From Hormiphora californensis (Eukaryota > Animalia > Ctenophora), in contig CM035356.1 of assembly GCA_020137815.1 (NCBI GenBank), forward strand, positions 186,001-250,000: a stretch of DNA of 64,000 nucleotides, given 5' to 3'. The translations under genes were made by a program, and so were the position numbers. Below are positions 13,992-24,244 of this stretch, piece after piece; positions within the stretch are counted from its first letter, which is position 1, and the number at the start of each line of letters is the position of its first letter. The notes under the pieces were generated by a model, which saw nothing but the letters and a program-made list of their open reading frames with translations, had not been told where the DNA came from and did no database searches.

Positions 13992-15290
13992 ATGTTTCTT
14001 CTCATTAAATTGTGTACCCTCGTTTTCTACTCCGTTCTACAGTTGTTAATCATCCAACCTATAAAGGTACCTACTGAATACTTCACATTCTACTGTCTTG
14101 CTCTAACTCTCTCTATCGATATCATAGCATTAATATTATAATTGATCCCATTCTCTCTCTATCACCCCCCCCCCCCCCCGTCAGGCAGTTTACCAGCTTC
14201 CCAGTGAGAGTATAATCCAGGATTTCTCCGGACATGTCAGGTTTACATGTAACACGTGTATACGTGTACACAACTGTGCAAAAACATGTGTCCAGAATTC
14301 AGATAAATTAATAGTATGCTCTTCAGAACCTTCCACAGTTACCCAGGCTCTAATTGTTTCAGGATTCAAGTTATGCAGAGAACAGCCATGTTTGCCGAAA
14401 CGCTCGGACTCTGTCCCTTCTACCGCTTTATTCGCCTTCTCTACACCATCTCACTCCTCAAGAAACCGTCCCCGAACACCGTGATACTGGGCCATTCTAC
14501 CGAGGTTGAGGGGTATAACATGACGTCACCGCTTTATGACGTCATACCACACAGCAGGGTTTACGTGGTGATACACGGAGGAGGTTTTATCTACGGTTCA
14601 CCTTCAACCGTGTCCTTCTTCTCCTCCCTTCTCGCATCCAATGCTGATGGCTGCCCTGTTCTGGCTCTGAAATACCCGCTTGCCCCGGAAAATCCTTTTC
14701 CTGCTCCACTAATTTCCGTAATTCGGTCACTGAAGGAGATCAAGAGGCACTATGGCGGGAAAGTGAGGGTAATAGGAGTGAGTGCGGGTGCTAACCTAGC
14801 CCTCGCCAGTGCACTGTTTTTCGCCCAAACCAAGCAACACGATATCATTGATTCGCTAGTGTTAGTAGGTGGGCCTTATACAGTCAAACGTAACGGTTGG
14901 AGTTGTGAGCGATACGAACACGGCCCCAAACTAACACGAGAAATGGTGGAGCAGTACTGGTCACTATACCTTCCAACACAAAATGACGACAATGACGGCA
15001 TTGATGACGTAGCCGTGACAACAGAGACGGATCTATACAAAGTAAACCCTCATAAAACCTACTTTGTAAGCCCTCTCAATAGCCCGACCTTCACTGCCCT
15101 TCCTCCTACTACCCTCCTAGTTGGATGCAGGGATGTGCTACTGAGTGACACGACACGACTAGCCACCAAGATGAGGAATGACGGATGTGGGGTTGAGATG
15201 AGGGTGCTGGAGGGGCCTCACATTCACCTCGCCGCACATGATGTTGGCAGTTGTGAGGTTATAGCACGTGTTGTCACACAAGCCGAATAG
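13992..15290 (+). CDS. HSL-family alpha/beta hydrolase with N-terminal hydrophobic anchor (AADAC/NCEH1-like architecture)
   Basis: Exons 13992-14066, 14185-14240, 14363-15290 join in frame; HGGGF oxyanion motif, YPLAPENPFP, GVSAG nucleophile, candidate Asp (GCRDVL) and His (GPHIH). 5' exons less certain. Confidence 0.85.
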
Positions 15291-15629
15291 AACTTCTTGT
15301 ATTAGTGGAAGACACATGAGGAGATAAACAAACATACAATGATTATTATGTCGATCAATAAGTAGGTGTGGAGAGAAACATGAAACACGGTGACATGAAA
15401 CTTTATATTGGTGGTGTTAGGGGAGGGTCGTTCAATCAGAGGAGAGAAATGGACACAAGATTTACTCCTATAAGGCTTAGAAATAACAATTATACATTTT
15501 AAATGTGTTGCAAATGAATAACTTGTGTTGTAACACGTTTTCAACAAATATAATAGTACAAAGTTGCACTGCAACCCACAACAAAACAACTCCTCGTTTC
15601 AATCACTACAGATCACTGAGTGTCAAGAT

Positions 15630-16745
15630 TTAGTTACAGAGCAGCTCAGGGATCTTCTCCTCAACTTCCTTTACCGTTTTCTCGACAGCAGCACTCCACT
15701 GTTTGATCCTCTTGTTCATCTCTGCTATCTGCTTCAAATCCAGAACCCGGGGTTGTACCCACGTCAGGTTCACCACCTTCTCACACTCGTCTATACTACC
15801 TCGCACCAGGTTGAGAGATATGGCCTTCATTACCAGCAGCTCCACCTCCTCTACAGGCAGTTTAACAGCTGCTGCTACCTCCTTGAAAGAGATGGACCGG
15901 GAGGAGGAGGCTCGGTTAAAGGTTAACTCCATAAGCCCCAAAAGGGCACATTTCTGTTTTAGTGCTACCTCATTCCTGGCCAAGTCGGGTTGCTGAGTCC
16001 ACTGGGGTTGCAGCTCCTCCAATTTGTCCATATCTCCTCGGTTGAAGGCGAGAAGAAGCTCCACAATCCATGGACAGGCCACCTTAAGGGCATCCAGTAG
16101 AGGATGTGCTAAGAGCTCTCCAAAGTTGTAGACCTTGTCGCCAAGTAGCGCAGAGAGAGCAATGTGGAAAGCATGTTCTTGCTGCTGCTTAGCAGTCAGT
16201 TCATCAATATCAATACATCCCAGGTACCTCAAACTGTCCCTGTAGAAGTTATTGTAGTCACCCTTCACCTTGTAGTACTTGGCGCTCAGCTCGTAGAAAC
16301 ACCCGTGAACAGGTGTAACCTCACCCAGACTATCCACAAGAGACTCAAGGTTCTTGATCATCTCCTCAATTTCATCGATCTGACCATGATCAATTTTAAG
16401 GGATCCAATCTTTGACATGATCTTGATTTTAGCCTCGGTGTGACTGGTGATTTTCTTAAGAAGACCCTCGAGAAACTCCAGCCGTTGGGTGACAGGAACA
16501 TCCTCAGAAACGCACAGGCCGATAGAGCTCAGAGCGAGAGGACTGATTCGGTGATCAAAATCTGTGATGAAGACCTTGTACAACTCAGTTAGATGCCCAG
16601 ATTTGTGAGGTCCAACTTTGACGTATTTCAGAATTGACATAGTGACCTGATGCCATAGTTTTTTGTTGTAGAAATCTTCAATGACAACCCACTCCTGGGA
16701 CCTCTCACCGCCTTTCTGTTGGGTGAGGTAGTTCTGGATAGACAT
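15630..16745 (-). CDS. PSMD13: 26S proteasome non-ATPase regulatory subunit 13 (Rpn9), single coding exon
   Basis: 371 aa; KKLWHQ, FYRDSLRYLGC, YNFGELLAHP, PCI domain ending VELLVMKAISLNLVRGSID...WVQPRVLD. Confidence 0.97.
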   Translation of the reverse strand: MSIQNYLTQQKGGERSQEWVVIEDFYNKKLWHQVTMSILKYVKVGPHKSGHLTELYKVFITDFDHRISPLALSSIGLCVSEDVPVTQRLEFLEGLLKKITSHTEAKIKIMSKIGSLKIDHGQIDEIEEMIKNLESLVDSLGEVTPVHGCFYELSAKYYKVKGDYNNFYRDSLRYLGCIDIDELTAKQQQEHAFHIALSALLGDKVYNFGELLAHPLLDALKVACPWIVELLLAFNRGDMDKLEELQPQWTQQPDLARNEVALKQKCALLGLMELTFNRASSSRSISFKEVAAAVKLPVEEVELLVMKAISLNLVRGSIDECEKVVNLTWVQPRVLDLKQIAEMNKRIKQWSAAVEKTVKEVEEKIPELLCN

Positions 16746-16891
16746 CGCTAAAAAGTGTTATCGGTTTAAAAAAATTACTTAAATTGCGGTCAAGATTTAA
16801 AAAAAAGTTTTAGGAAAGATTTTGTGACTGGGTTAGAGCCAGAAAAGAGTTCGAAGGGCTTCAGATACGTTCAACGGGCTATTATTTACGA

Positions 16892-16960
16892 ACTAGCGCA
16901 CCCATGGGGTGCGCCTCAAGTAAGGGCTTTTTGATAACCCAACCGGCTTCGCCGGGTGGT
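16892..16960 (-). mobile_element. Helitron/Helentron-like 3' end fragment
   Basis: Minus strand hairpins ccggcgaagccgg and gcgcaccccatgggtgcgc ending in CTAG|T. Confidence 0.4.
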
Positions 16961-17559
16961 TCTTTTCGCCCCTTTCAACGTCAATAACACGGTTGTCATG
17001 GGGGCGCAATTATAATCTGGGTGCCTTGCAGCCTGTTTACAGGTGCGTGCTACCAAAAGAGTATACTTAGACCGACTTTTTTCAAACGGCTATAGCCATT
17101 GAACCACATGGCCGATTTGAGTAAACTAAACGGTAAAGTCGGATTTTTTGAAACTGTCACCCCCCTTTTCGTGCGCGGAATGTTTTTGCACGTCACATCA
17201 CATGTTAACGTGTGGTGTGCGCTTCAAAATGGATAAATTTCACATGCGCGGTCATTTTGGGGTGACAGTTTCAAAAAATCCGACTTTATCAGTTAGAGAA
17301 TCGATAGCCCTAACCGATAACCCCAAACCAAACCCTAACCAGACCCTAACGGATAGCCCTAACCCGTCGCGCGCGCCAAAACTACGAATTGTTAGCAATG
17401 AAAGGCACCCAGATTTTAACGTTTTCCCAAATTGCACCACGTTCACAATTGTTCATGCCGTGGCGAATGACTAAAGTCGGATTTTTTAAAACTGTCACCC
17501 CCCTTTTCGTGCGCGGCATGTTTTTGTGCGTCACATCAGCTGTTAACGTGTGGTGTGCG

Positions 17560-17804
17560 TAGTGGGAGACACTAGCGTGGTACGCGCAAAAAAATGCGCG
17601 CCACACGATTATCATAATTGATGATATCTCCGGTTCCTGATAAGCTACAGAGTTTGTTTGGGTACCGTTGGAAAGGAAATTTCAAGCCCCATCGAATGGC
17701 GAAGGTTTGAAGTCTTTATCTTATCAGGAACAGGAGTTATGAGCCAAAACGAAATTGGTGTGGCGCACATTTTTTTGCGCGTACCACGCTAGTGTCTCCC
17801 ACTA
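17560..17804. mobile_element. 245-bp MITE with TAG...CTA termini and 3-bp TSD (Academ-like)
   Basis: TIR tagtgggagacactagcgtggtacgcgc; TSD gcg. Confidence 0.75.
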
Positions 17805-18362
17805 GCGCGTCAAAATGGATAAGTTTCTCATGCGCAGTCATTTTGGGCCAGCGTTAAAATCTGGGTGTTTTGGGAGTGCTGACAAACGGTTTTTTAGGGT
17901 TAGGGCTAAAATAGGGTTAGGGTTAGGGTTGGGGTTTGGGTTGGGGTTAGGCCTTGACATTCCCTACCAGATAAACTTTGAATCAGCCAAAACGGTTGAG
18001 TGGTTTGGCGGTTAGAGCCATTTTAGTGAATCAACTTTTTTGGCAGCGCGCACCTGTAAACAGGCCTCCAAACACCCAGATCGTAACGGCGCCCGTCATT
18101 TTGGGGTGACAGTTTCAAAAAATCCGACTTTAAAACCTAGTCAAATTAGGAGCACGGCGCGTTCATTATTTGCGCGGCGCACCCAAAAGTCATCCAGATT
18201 TAATTCCGCGTTTTGGGTGCGAGACTCAGAAATTTCAAAATAAAACACACTTCGTTTTTTTCAAATTCTGATAAGATGGCGTCATTTAAAGTCGGATTTT
18301 TTGAAGTTGTCACCCCAAAATGACCGCGCATGTGAAATTTATCAATTTTGACACGCACACCA

Positions 18363-18607
18363 TAGTGGGAGACACTAGCGTGGTACGCGCAAAAAAATGC
18401 GCGCCACACGATTATCATAATTGATGATATCTCCGGTTCCTGATAAGCTACAGAGTTCGTTTGAGTACCGTTGAAAAGGAAATTTCAAGCCCCATCGAAT
18501 GGCGAAGGTTTGAAGTCTTTATCTTATCAGGAACAGGAGTTATGAGCCAAAACGAAATTGGTGTGGCGCGCATTTTTTTGCGCGTACCACGCTAGTGTCT
18601 CCCACTA
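18363..18607. mobile_element. Second copy of the 245-bp Academ-like MITE
   Basis: Near-identical to 17560-17804; TSD cca. Confidence 0.75.
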
Positions 18608-19019
18608 CCACACATTAACATGTGATGTGACGCGCAAAAACATTCCGCGCACGGAAAGGGGGGTGACAACTTCAAAAAATCCGACTTTATATTTCAATAC
18701 TCGATGGGCCACTCTTACTTTAAAGTAAAAGTAAATCGTGTGCCCGATAATTTATCACACCGATCACTGCACCAATGGCTGGGTGCAGGTGTCCCTCCAT
18801 TTCTTCATGAGTTGTGTGGCCCCCCTTCAAAACCTGTTTGGCTGCACCAGATTACCAGACCCCGTTTTGATCTGTCAGGCCAATGCTCTGACCACAGTTC
18901 TCGCGCGCTCCGAGAATGGGTCAGGCCAATGCTCTGACAGGTTTTGATCGGTCTGGCGCACTGTCCTCTCAAGTTGAGAATCCAATCGGTCACTGTGTCA
19001 CCGCCAGATGCATGTTTTG

Positions 19020-19195
19020 ATTCAATGGGCCTGATACCTGTTGGCCGTTTGCTCAGGGGAACCAAGCGAGATGCAACATAGGCTGATAAAAGTTTTGGAT
19101 CTGTAGGTTCTGTTCATGTTGCTAGTTTGAAGGCAAAGGTGGCAATCGCCTGCGCTAGCTCGGAAGATGCAGGACTGAGTTTCTTGGATTTACAC
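19020..19195 (-). pseudogene. Degenerate non-LTR RT fragment (CRE-like)
   Basis: Translation ASSELAQAIATFAFKL...LLSAYVASRLVPLSKRPTGIRPI resembles RT subdomain 1-2; contains a stop. Confidence 0.45.
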
Positions 19196-19491
19196 GCTAA
19201 ATTGAAATATTCGTATTCTTTAAATTTTGATCGATTTGGATTTTGGAGCCAAAAAACTTGTATGTTGGACTTATCTAACAAACGTTAGATAAGTTATTAA
19301 ACTACAAAATTAAATCAGTTAAAGTCGTATTATCAACCGATAACACCAATATTTTAGCATTTGTTAATTTTGTTAATTTTGTTAATTAACAAAATCGGAA
19401 AAAAAGAGGTGATTTATTAACAATTAACATGTCCCCCCCCCCCCCCATCAAGTCGCACAGACTGATCAGATCGGTTCATATGATCAAACTT

Positions 19492-19680
19492 GGACATCCA
19501 GGCTCTTGAGAACGTACAGAGGCAGTTTACCAGGAGAATTGAGGACATGACTGGGTTGTTGTTAGGCCATGTCCCAACAACTATTGGGAGCAATTGGCCG
19601 GTTACTTCAAGAAATTGAAACGGGCGTCCCTTCAGAGCTATAACGGTGCATCCCCAATTAATAGCCCGAATACACGGTTA
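19492..19680 (+). mobile_element. CR1 fragment, same family as 9109-10303
   Basis: Encodes DIQALENVQRQFTRRIEDM vs DIQALESVQRQFTRRIEDM. Confidence 0.75.
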
Positions 19681-20514
19681 AATATACCCCGCCCGCTACT
19701 GGGGGTGGGCATAAAAATGTCCGCCCTAGACTAGCATAGTTCTTGGTCACATTGATACCTGAGTGAGATCGAGGTCGCGCAGCGACCGAGATCGATCTCA
19801 CATACAGGTCTCCGGCCTGTTATTGATTTTAGAGCAAACTTTTTCAAAGACCTGGCTGCAAGGAACTACTGAACCGATTTGCATCTCGTTTGTTGCTCCT
19901 GGCAGATAATTGTCTCTAGTTTTACGGAAAATACCCGCGAGTATCAGCATTTGAGGAATAGTGGGCCAAAATTGACCCTAAACATGAGCAATTCTTTAAA
20001 GACCTGGCTGCAAGCTCCTACTCGGTCCTGAGACAATCTGCGGGTACTGGGTGAATCGTCATACAAATACAAATACAAATACAAATATACATTTATTGTC
20101 CGCTTTTCATTGTCCATATTATAAAGAACAACACGAGTTCTGTTAGGTCTTGACTACTAGCATCACTTGGTGCGGACTTCGTCTCACTAACTCTCGTTTC
20201 AAAAGCGGTTAGTTTTATACCAAGGATTTCCAGATATTTTTCAAGAAGATATTTTCTGAGGGTAATTTTTGTTAGTTAAACCATATTTAAATCGGATGAT
20301 GAAATATACTGTCTCTGCTTACTGCAGATTAATAGAATATGCTCTTGGATCTAGAGATCCAGAAATGAATATTTTAGCTCCAGGGCTTTAGCCCTTAAAC
20401 AATCGATACTGTCTTATACAACCTGGGTGAGGACTGAGGATCCGACTGCTTCACCTGTAGGAGAACCAAGGAGCGGAAGAGAAGTCATACTCGCTGTAGC
20501 CTGCATCTCACCAC

Positions 20515-20940
20515 ACTGGCTGTACTTCTATAAGTAAAGCCCAACACACTCCACTACACCACACCATACCGACTGTACTTCTATAAGTAAAGCCCAACAC
20601 ACTCCACTGCACCACACCATACTGGCTGTACTTCTATAAGTAGAGCCCAACACACTCCACTACACTACACCATACTGGCTGTACTTCTGTAAGTAAAGCC
20701 CAACACACTCCACTGCACCACACTATACTGGCTGTACTTCTATAAGTAAAGCCCAACACACTCCACTGCACTACACCATACTGGCTGTACTTCTATAAGT
20801 AAAGCCCAACACACTCCACTGCACTACACCATACTGGCTGTTCTTCTATAAGTAAAGCCCAACACACTCCACTGCAACACACTATACTGGCTGTACTTCT
20901 ATAAGTAGAGCCCAACACACTCCACTGCACAACACCTCAC
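20515..20940. repeat. 53-bp minisatellite x8 in the LINE 3' region
   Basis: Unit actggctgtacttctataagtaaagcccaacacactccactgcaccacaccat. Confidence 0.95.
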
Positions 20941-21319
20941 TGCAACCCTTCCACCCCCATACCCCAATTTTGGTGTCCATTTATAATTTATATTTCCCCC
21001 TTTTTTCTTTACCGCTTTTTTTTTGTTGTCTTTTCTTTTTTTTTTTGGATCTTTTCTGCTTTACTTTTTTTTTTTTTTTTTTTTTGTTGTTTTTGATTTT
21101 TTAGCCCAGGCTCTTTTTTTTTCGAGTTCTGGGGATCCGTCACATAAAAAGAATAAGTATTAAATATAAATTAGTAAGAAAGACCAGTTTAGAAAGCGTG
21201 AGTGAAAAGAGTACTGGTCGTTCTAACTTCACGGTTTCACACTCTAATTCGGGATCCTCAGCTCGCTCTCATCTCTCTACCACAATTCTCATAGTATAAA
21301 TTGTCTTCATACATTGTTT

Positions 21320-24244
21320 TTAACACTCGTATGCCTTCCGGAAGAAGTGGGTTTTCAGGTTGGATTTGAATGATGTGATGGATGAGCTTTCCCGGAGAGA
21401 AGAAGGTAAGCTATTCCATATTTCCGGAGCAGCGACACTGAACGCACCTTTACTCGAACAATATCTGGCATAGTTCTTGTCAAGTAAGGTTTTGTCAGCA
21501 TCCCTTCGTAGACTTTTTAACTTCGGTTGACGGAGTGTTATCATCTTCGATAGGTAAGGTGGGGCTATGCCATTCAGTGTTTTGTATGTCAGTAGACACA
21601 ACTTGTACTGCACTCTTTCTCGAACGGGTAGGAAATGAAGCTGTTTGCGAAGGTTTGTGGTGCCTTGGTAGAGGCGTTGTCCAAAGACGAAACGGGCTGC
21701 AGAGTTTTGAATCTTCTGTAATCGACCGATGTCGTTGGCAGAAGAACCAGCAAGGAGGCTGTTACAGTAGTCCAGTCTGCTGTGTATTAAACTGTTGACG
21801 AGTTTGACTTTCAGATTAACACCCAACATTCTGTGGATTTTCCAAAGATTCATAAGGGCTAGTTGACACGTCCTTACGGTTCTGGATACATGACCAGATA
21901 GGGAGAGCTCCGAGTCCAGAAACACACCAAGGTTCCTTACTAGTGTAAGTGGCTTTGTAGATTCATGGTTGCTCATCGTTTGAAGGCTTTCAGGGTTTTC
22001 TGTTTTATCATGTTTGTTGTTTAACACGATTATTTCAGTTTTGCTGGGGTTGAGTCTGAGGAAGTTCTTGGACATCCACGCTTTGATGTGGTTTAAGCAA
22101 CCCTGCAGTTTCGTCTCGAGGTCTAGGAGAGAATCGTTGCTGAAAGAAACATACAACTGAGTATCGTCAGCATAGAGCTCCACCATTAGTCCATAGTGCC
22201 TAGCAATACTTTCCAACTCTTTTGTGTACAGAATGAACAACAGTGGTCCAAGTATAGAGCCCTGTGGCACTCCGATGTTGATGGCTAAGGGCGAGGATGT
22301 AGAGGTCTCAATTTTCACAGAAGCTTTCCTATCTTTGAGGTAGGAGGCAAACCATTCAAGGGCAGTACCTTCAACGCCATAATTCCTCCTCAGTTTCCCA
22401 AGTAACAATTCATGGTTAATCGTGTCGAAGGCAGCACTGAGGTCTAGCAATACAAGTACCGCCTTCGATTTCGTGTCTGTAATTAGAAGAAGATCATTCA
22501 CTACTTTCACCAATGTGGTCTCAGTGCTATGATGTTTCCGGTACGCCGATTGAACTCCTGGAAACAGTTCGTTCGTCTCAAGGTGCTCCGTAAGCTGTAT
22601 AGACGCACATTTTTCAATTAGCTTGGATATAAAAGCTAAGTTGGATACCGGTCTGTAGTTATTGAGTTCTTCCGGGCTTCCTTTCTTCTTGAACGAGGGT
22701 CGAATCAGTGATTGCTTCAGCTGTTCAGGAACTAAACCTTCTTGTAGGCTTTTGTTGACAATGTCAGAGATAAGAGGAAGTAACTTCGGGAGAACACCTA
22801 CGAGTTTGCTGGTAGGGATAGGATCGAGATCACAGTGCTTTTTCTCCATAGATTGAATTATAGCACTGAGTTCCTCTTCAGTTACTTTTCTGAAGGATGA
22901 AAATGTGGCACCAGTGTAGTCAGTTTGTGGTAGTTCTGGCAATGGTTCAGATTGTTCGTTTTCAACTCTGATCGTCTCGTAGATATCCTCGATTTTCGAT
23001 TTGAAGAAAGTGCCAAAGTTTTCTGCTGTTTCACTCGAAGAATTCCCGTTTGGAAGCTCCTGTGGGATCTTGTCTTTTCCCAGTAGTTTGTTGATTAACC
23101 CACTGACAGCAGCTGGATCATCAGCCACGTAGTCAAGCTTTCCACGATAGAAATTTATCCTGGTTTTCATGAGAAATCTGGATGTTTCTTTCATAGCTTT
23201 ATTCAAAGCTGTTCTAGCTTCTTTGTGTTCTTCTTTCTTCGTGGAGTCTTTCAAGGTCGTCTTCAGAGCTCTTTCTCGTGTCCTGCGGGAGGTTTTAGCT
23301 TCCTCACAAAGTGTATCATACCAAGGTGGGTGATCCGAGTCTTTAATAACCTTTTCCTGTAGTGGAGCTATCTCATCCCGTATTTCTCGAAGTGAGACGT
23401 TGTACAGGTTGAGACACCCTTCCAGTGTAGAGGGACGTGGATTTGACATCAGCGGTGACTCATCTATTTTCATAGATAGGACCTCAACAGTGAGCTTTTT
23501 CATGTTTCTGCACAGAACAGCTTTTCTTTCTTGCTGAATTGGTTTTCCGACGTGTAAGTAGAATGTGACAGCATAATGGTCTGAAACGGAGGATTTTGCA
23601 ACCTCGACTGCACTAATCCTAGGTGAAGCTTCATCATCTCTGCTTATCACCAAGTCCAATGTACCGCCACTTTCGTGGGTTGGATCATCGACATGCTGTG
23701 TCCATCGCTCATCTACAAGCAAATCACGGAAGGAGTTTGAAGTATGATCATTGTCATCCTCAGTATGGATATTGAAATCGCCCAAGATAACAGGGTGTCC
23801 ACTGAGGCCGTTTAGTGACGATATGTACTCTTCGAATTCTGCCAAGAACTCCTTTTTGGAAGAGGACGGAGGTCTGTATACCACAACCAATCTAGTTTTC
23901 TGAAGATGCCCGCCTTCAATCGTAGCTTCGATACATTCAAAAGTTGTTGGTTTGTTCTTAGTCTTGATAGGTATTACACGTAATGCTTTCCTCGCTAAGA
24001 TAGCGACGCCGCCTCCTCTTGCCCCTCTTGCCGAACTATAGAGATTATATCCTAGTTCTTTCATCAGTGCAGGGGTGACTACGTCACCGTCTTCTAGCCA
24101 GGTTTCTGTCAAACCGAGTACGTCAAGGTCAAGATCGCAGCACGCCCCGTATATTTCACCAAGTTTGTTGTTCATCGATCTGCAGTTTAGATTCCCGTAT
24201 TTGAGAGCAAGGTGCTGCGTTGACGGTAGTTTTTTGAAATACGA
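21320..24244 (-). CDS. LINE ORF2: APE endonuclease + reverse transcriptase
   Basis: GNLNCRS, LTETW, GDFN, SDH; NYRPVS, LDLSAAFD, VPQGSILGP, YADD; L2-type C-terminus AFSVAAPEIWNSLP...FKSNLKT. First ATG 24175 lies downstream of GNLNCRS; frame opens at 24244. Confidence 0.96.
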   Translation of the reverse strand, partial: SYFKKLPSTQHLALKYGNLNCRSMNNKLGEIYGACCDLDLDVLGLTETWLEDGDVVTPALMKELGYNLYSSARGARGGGVAILARKALRVIPIKTKNKPTTFECIEATIEGGHLQKTRLVVVYRPPSSSKKEFLAEFEEYISSLNGLSGHPVILGDFNIHTEDDNDHTSNSFRDLLVDERWTQHVDDPTHESGGTLDLVISRDDEASPRISAVEVAKSSVSDHYAVTFYLHVGKPIQQERKAVLCRNMKKLTVEVLSMKIDESPLMSNPRPSTLEGCLNLYNVSLREIRDEIAPLQEKVIKDSDHPPWYDTLCEEAKTSRRTRERALKTTLKDSTKKEEHKEARTALNKAMKETSRFLMKTRINFYRGKLDYVADDPAAVSGLINKLLGKDKIPQELPNGNSSSETAENFGTFFKSKIEDIYETIRVENEQSEPLPELPQTDYTGATFSSFRKVTEEELSAIIQSMEKKHCDLDPIPTSKLVGVLPKLLPLISDIVNKSLQEGLVPEQLKQSLIRPSFKKKGSPEELNNYRPVSNLAFISKLIEKCASIQLTEHLETNELFPGVQSAYRKHHSTETTLVKVVNDLLLITDTKSKAVLVLLDLSAAFDTINHELLLGKLRRNYGVEGTALEWFASYLKDRKASVKIETSTSSPLAINIGVPQGSILGPLLFILYTKELESIARHYGLMVELYADDTQLYVSFSNDSLLDLETKLQGCLNHIKAWMSKNFLRLNPSKTEIIVLNNKHDKTENPESLQTMSNHESTKPLTLVRNLGVFLDSELSLSGHVSRTVRTCQLALMNLWKIHRMLGVNLKVKLVNSLIHSRLDYCNSLLAGSSANDIGRLQKIQNSAARFVFGQRLYQGTTNLRKQLHFLPVRERVQYKLCLLTYKTLNGIAPPYLSKMITLRQPKLKSLRRDADKTLLDKNYARYCSSKGAFSVAAPEIWNSLPSSLRESSSITSFKSNLKTHFFRKAYEC

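Larger units (their letters stand above)
17000..18689. mobile_element. Cluster of nested MITEs (three families)
   Basis: TAAAGTCGG copies 17134-17288, 17472-18132, 18287-18689; TAGTGGGAG copies 17560-17804, 18363-18607; GGGTTA-containing element ~17000-17428 and 17845-18094 (TSD gtcatttt). Confidence 0.85.

Noticed and set aside
14316-15290. Horizontal transfer of a bacterial esterase
   Set aside because: Spliced 5' exons and a membrane anchor fit animal AADAC-like genes; origin cannot be judged without a phylogeny
17890-17952. Interstitial telomere (ttaggg)n
   Set aside because: Few degenerate units, internal to a TIR element with a TSD; a second copy lies at ~17305-17365
20515-20940. CRISPR-like array next to an RT (also 31143, 39203, 48742, 62868)
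   Set aside because: Units are contiguous near-identical repeats without unique spacers; no cas genes; eukaryotic context
21225-21265. Hammerhead-like CTGAGGA...GAAAC on the minus strand (also CTGAGGA near 55175)
   Set aside because: No convincing stem II or stems I/III
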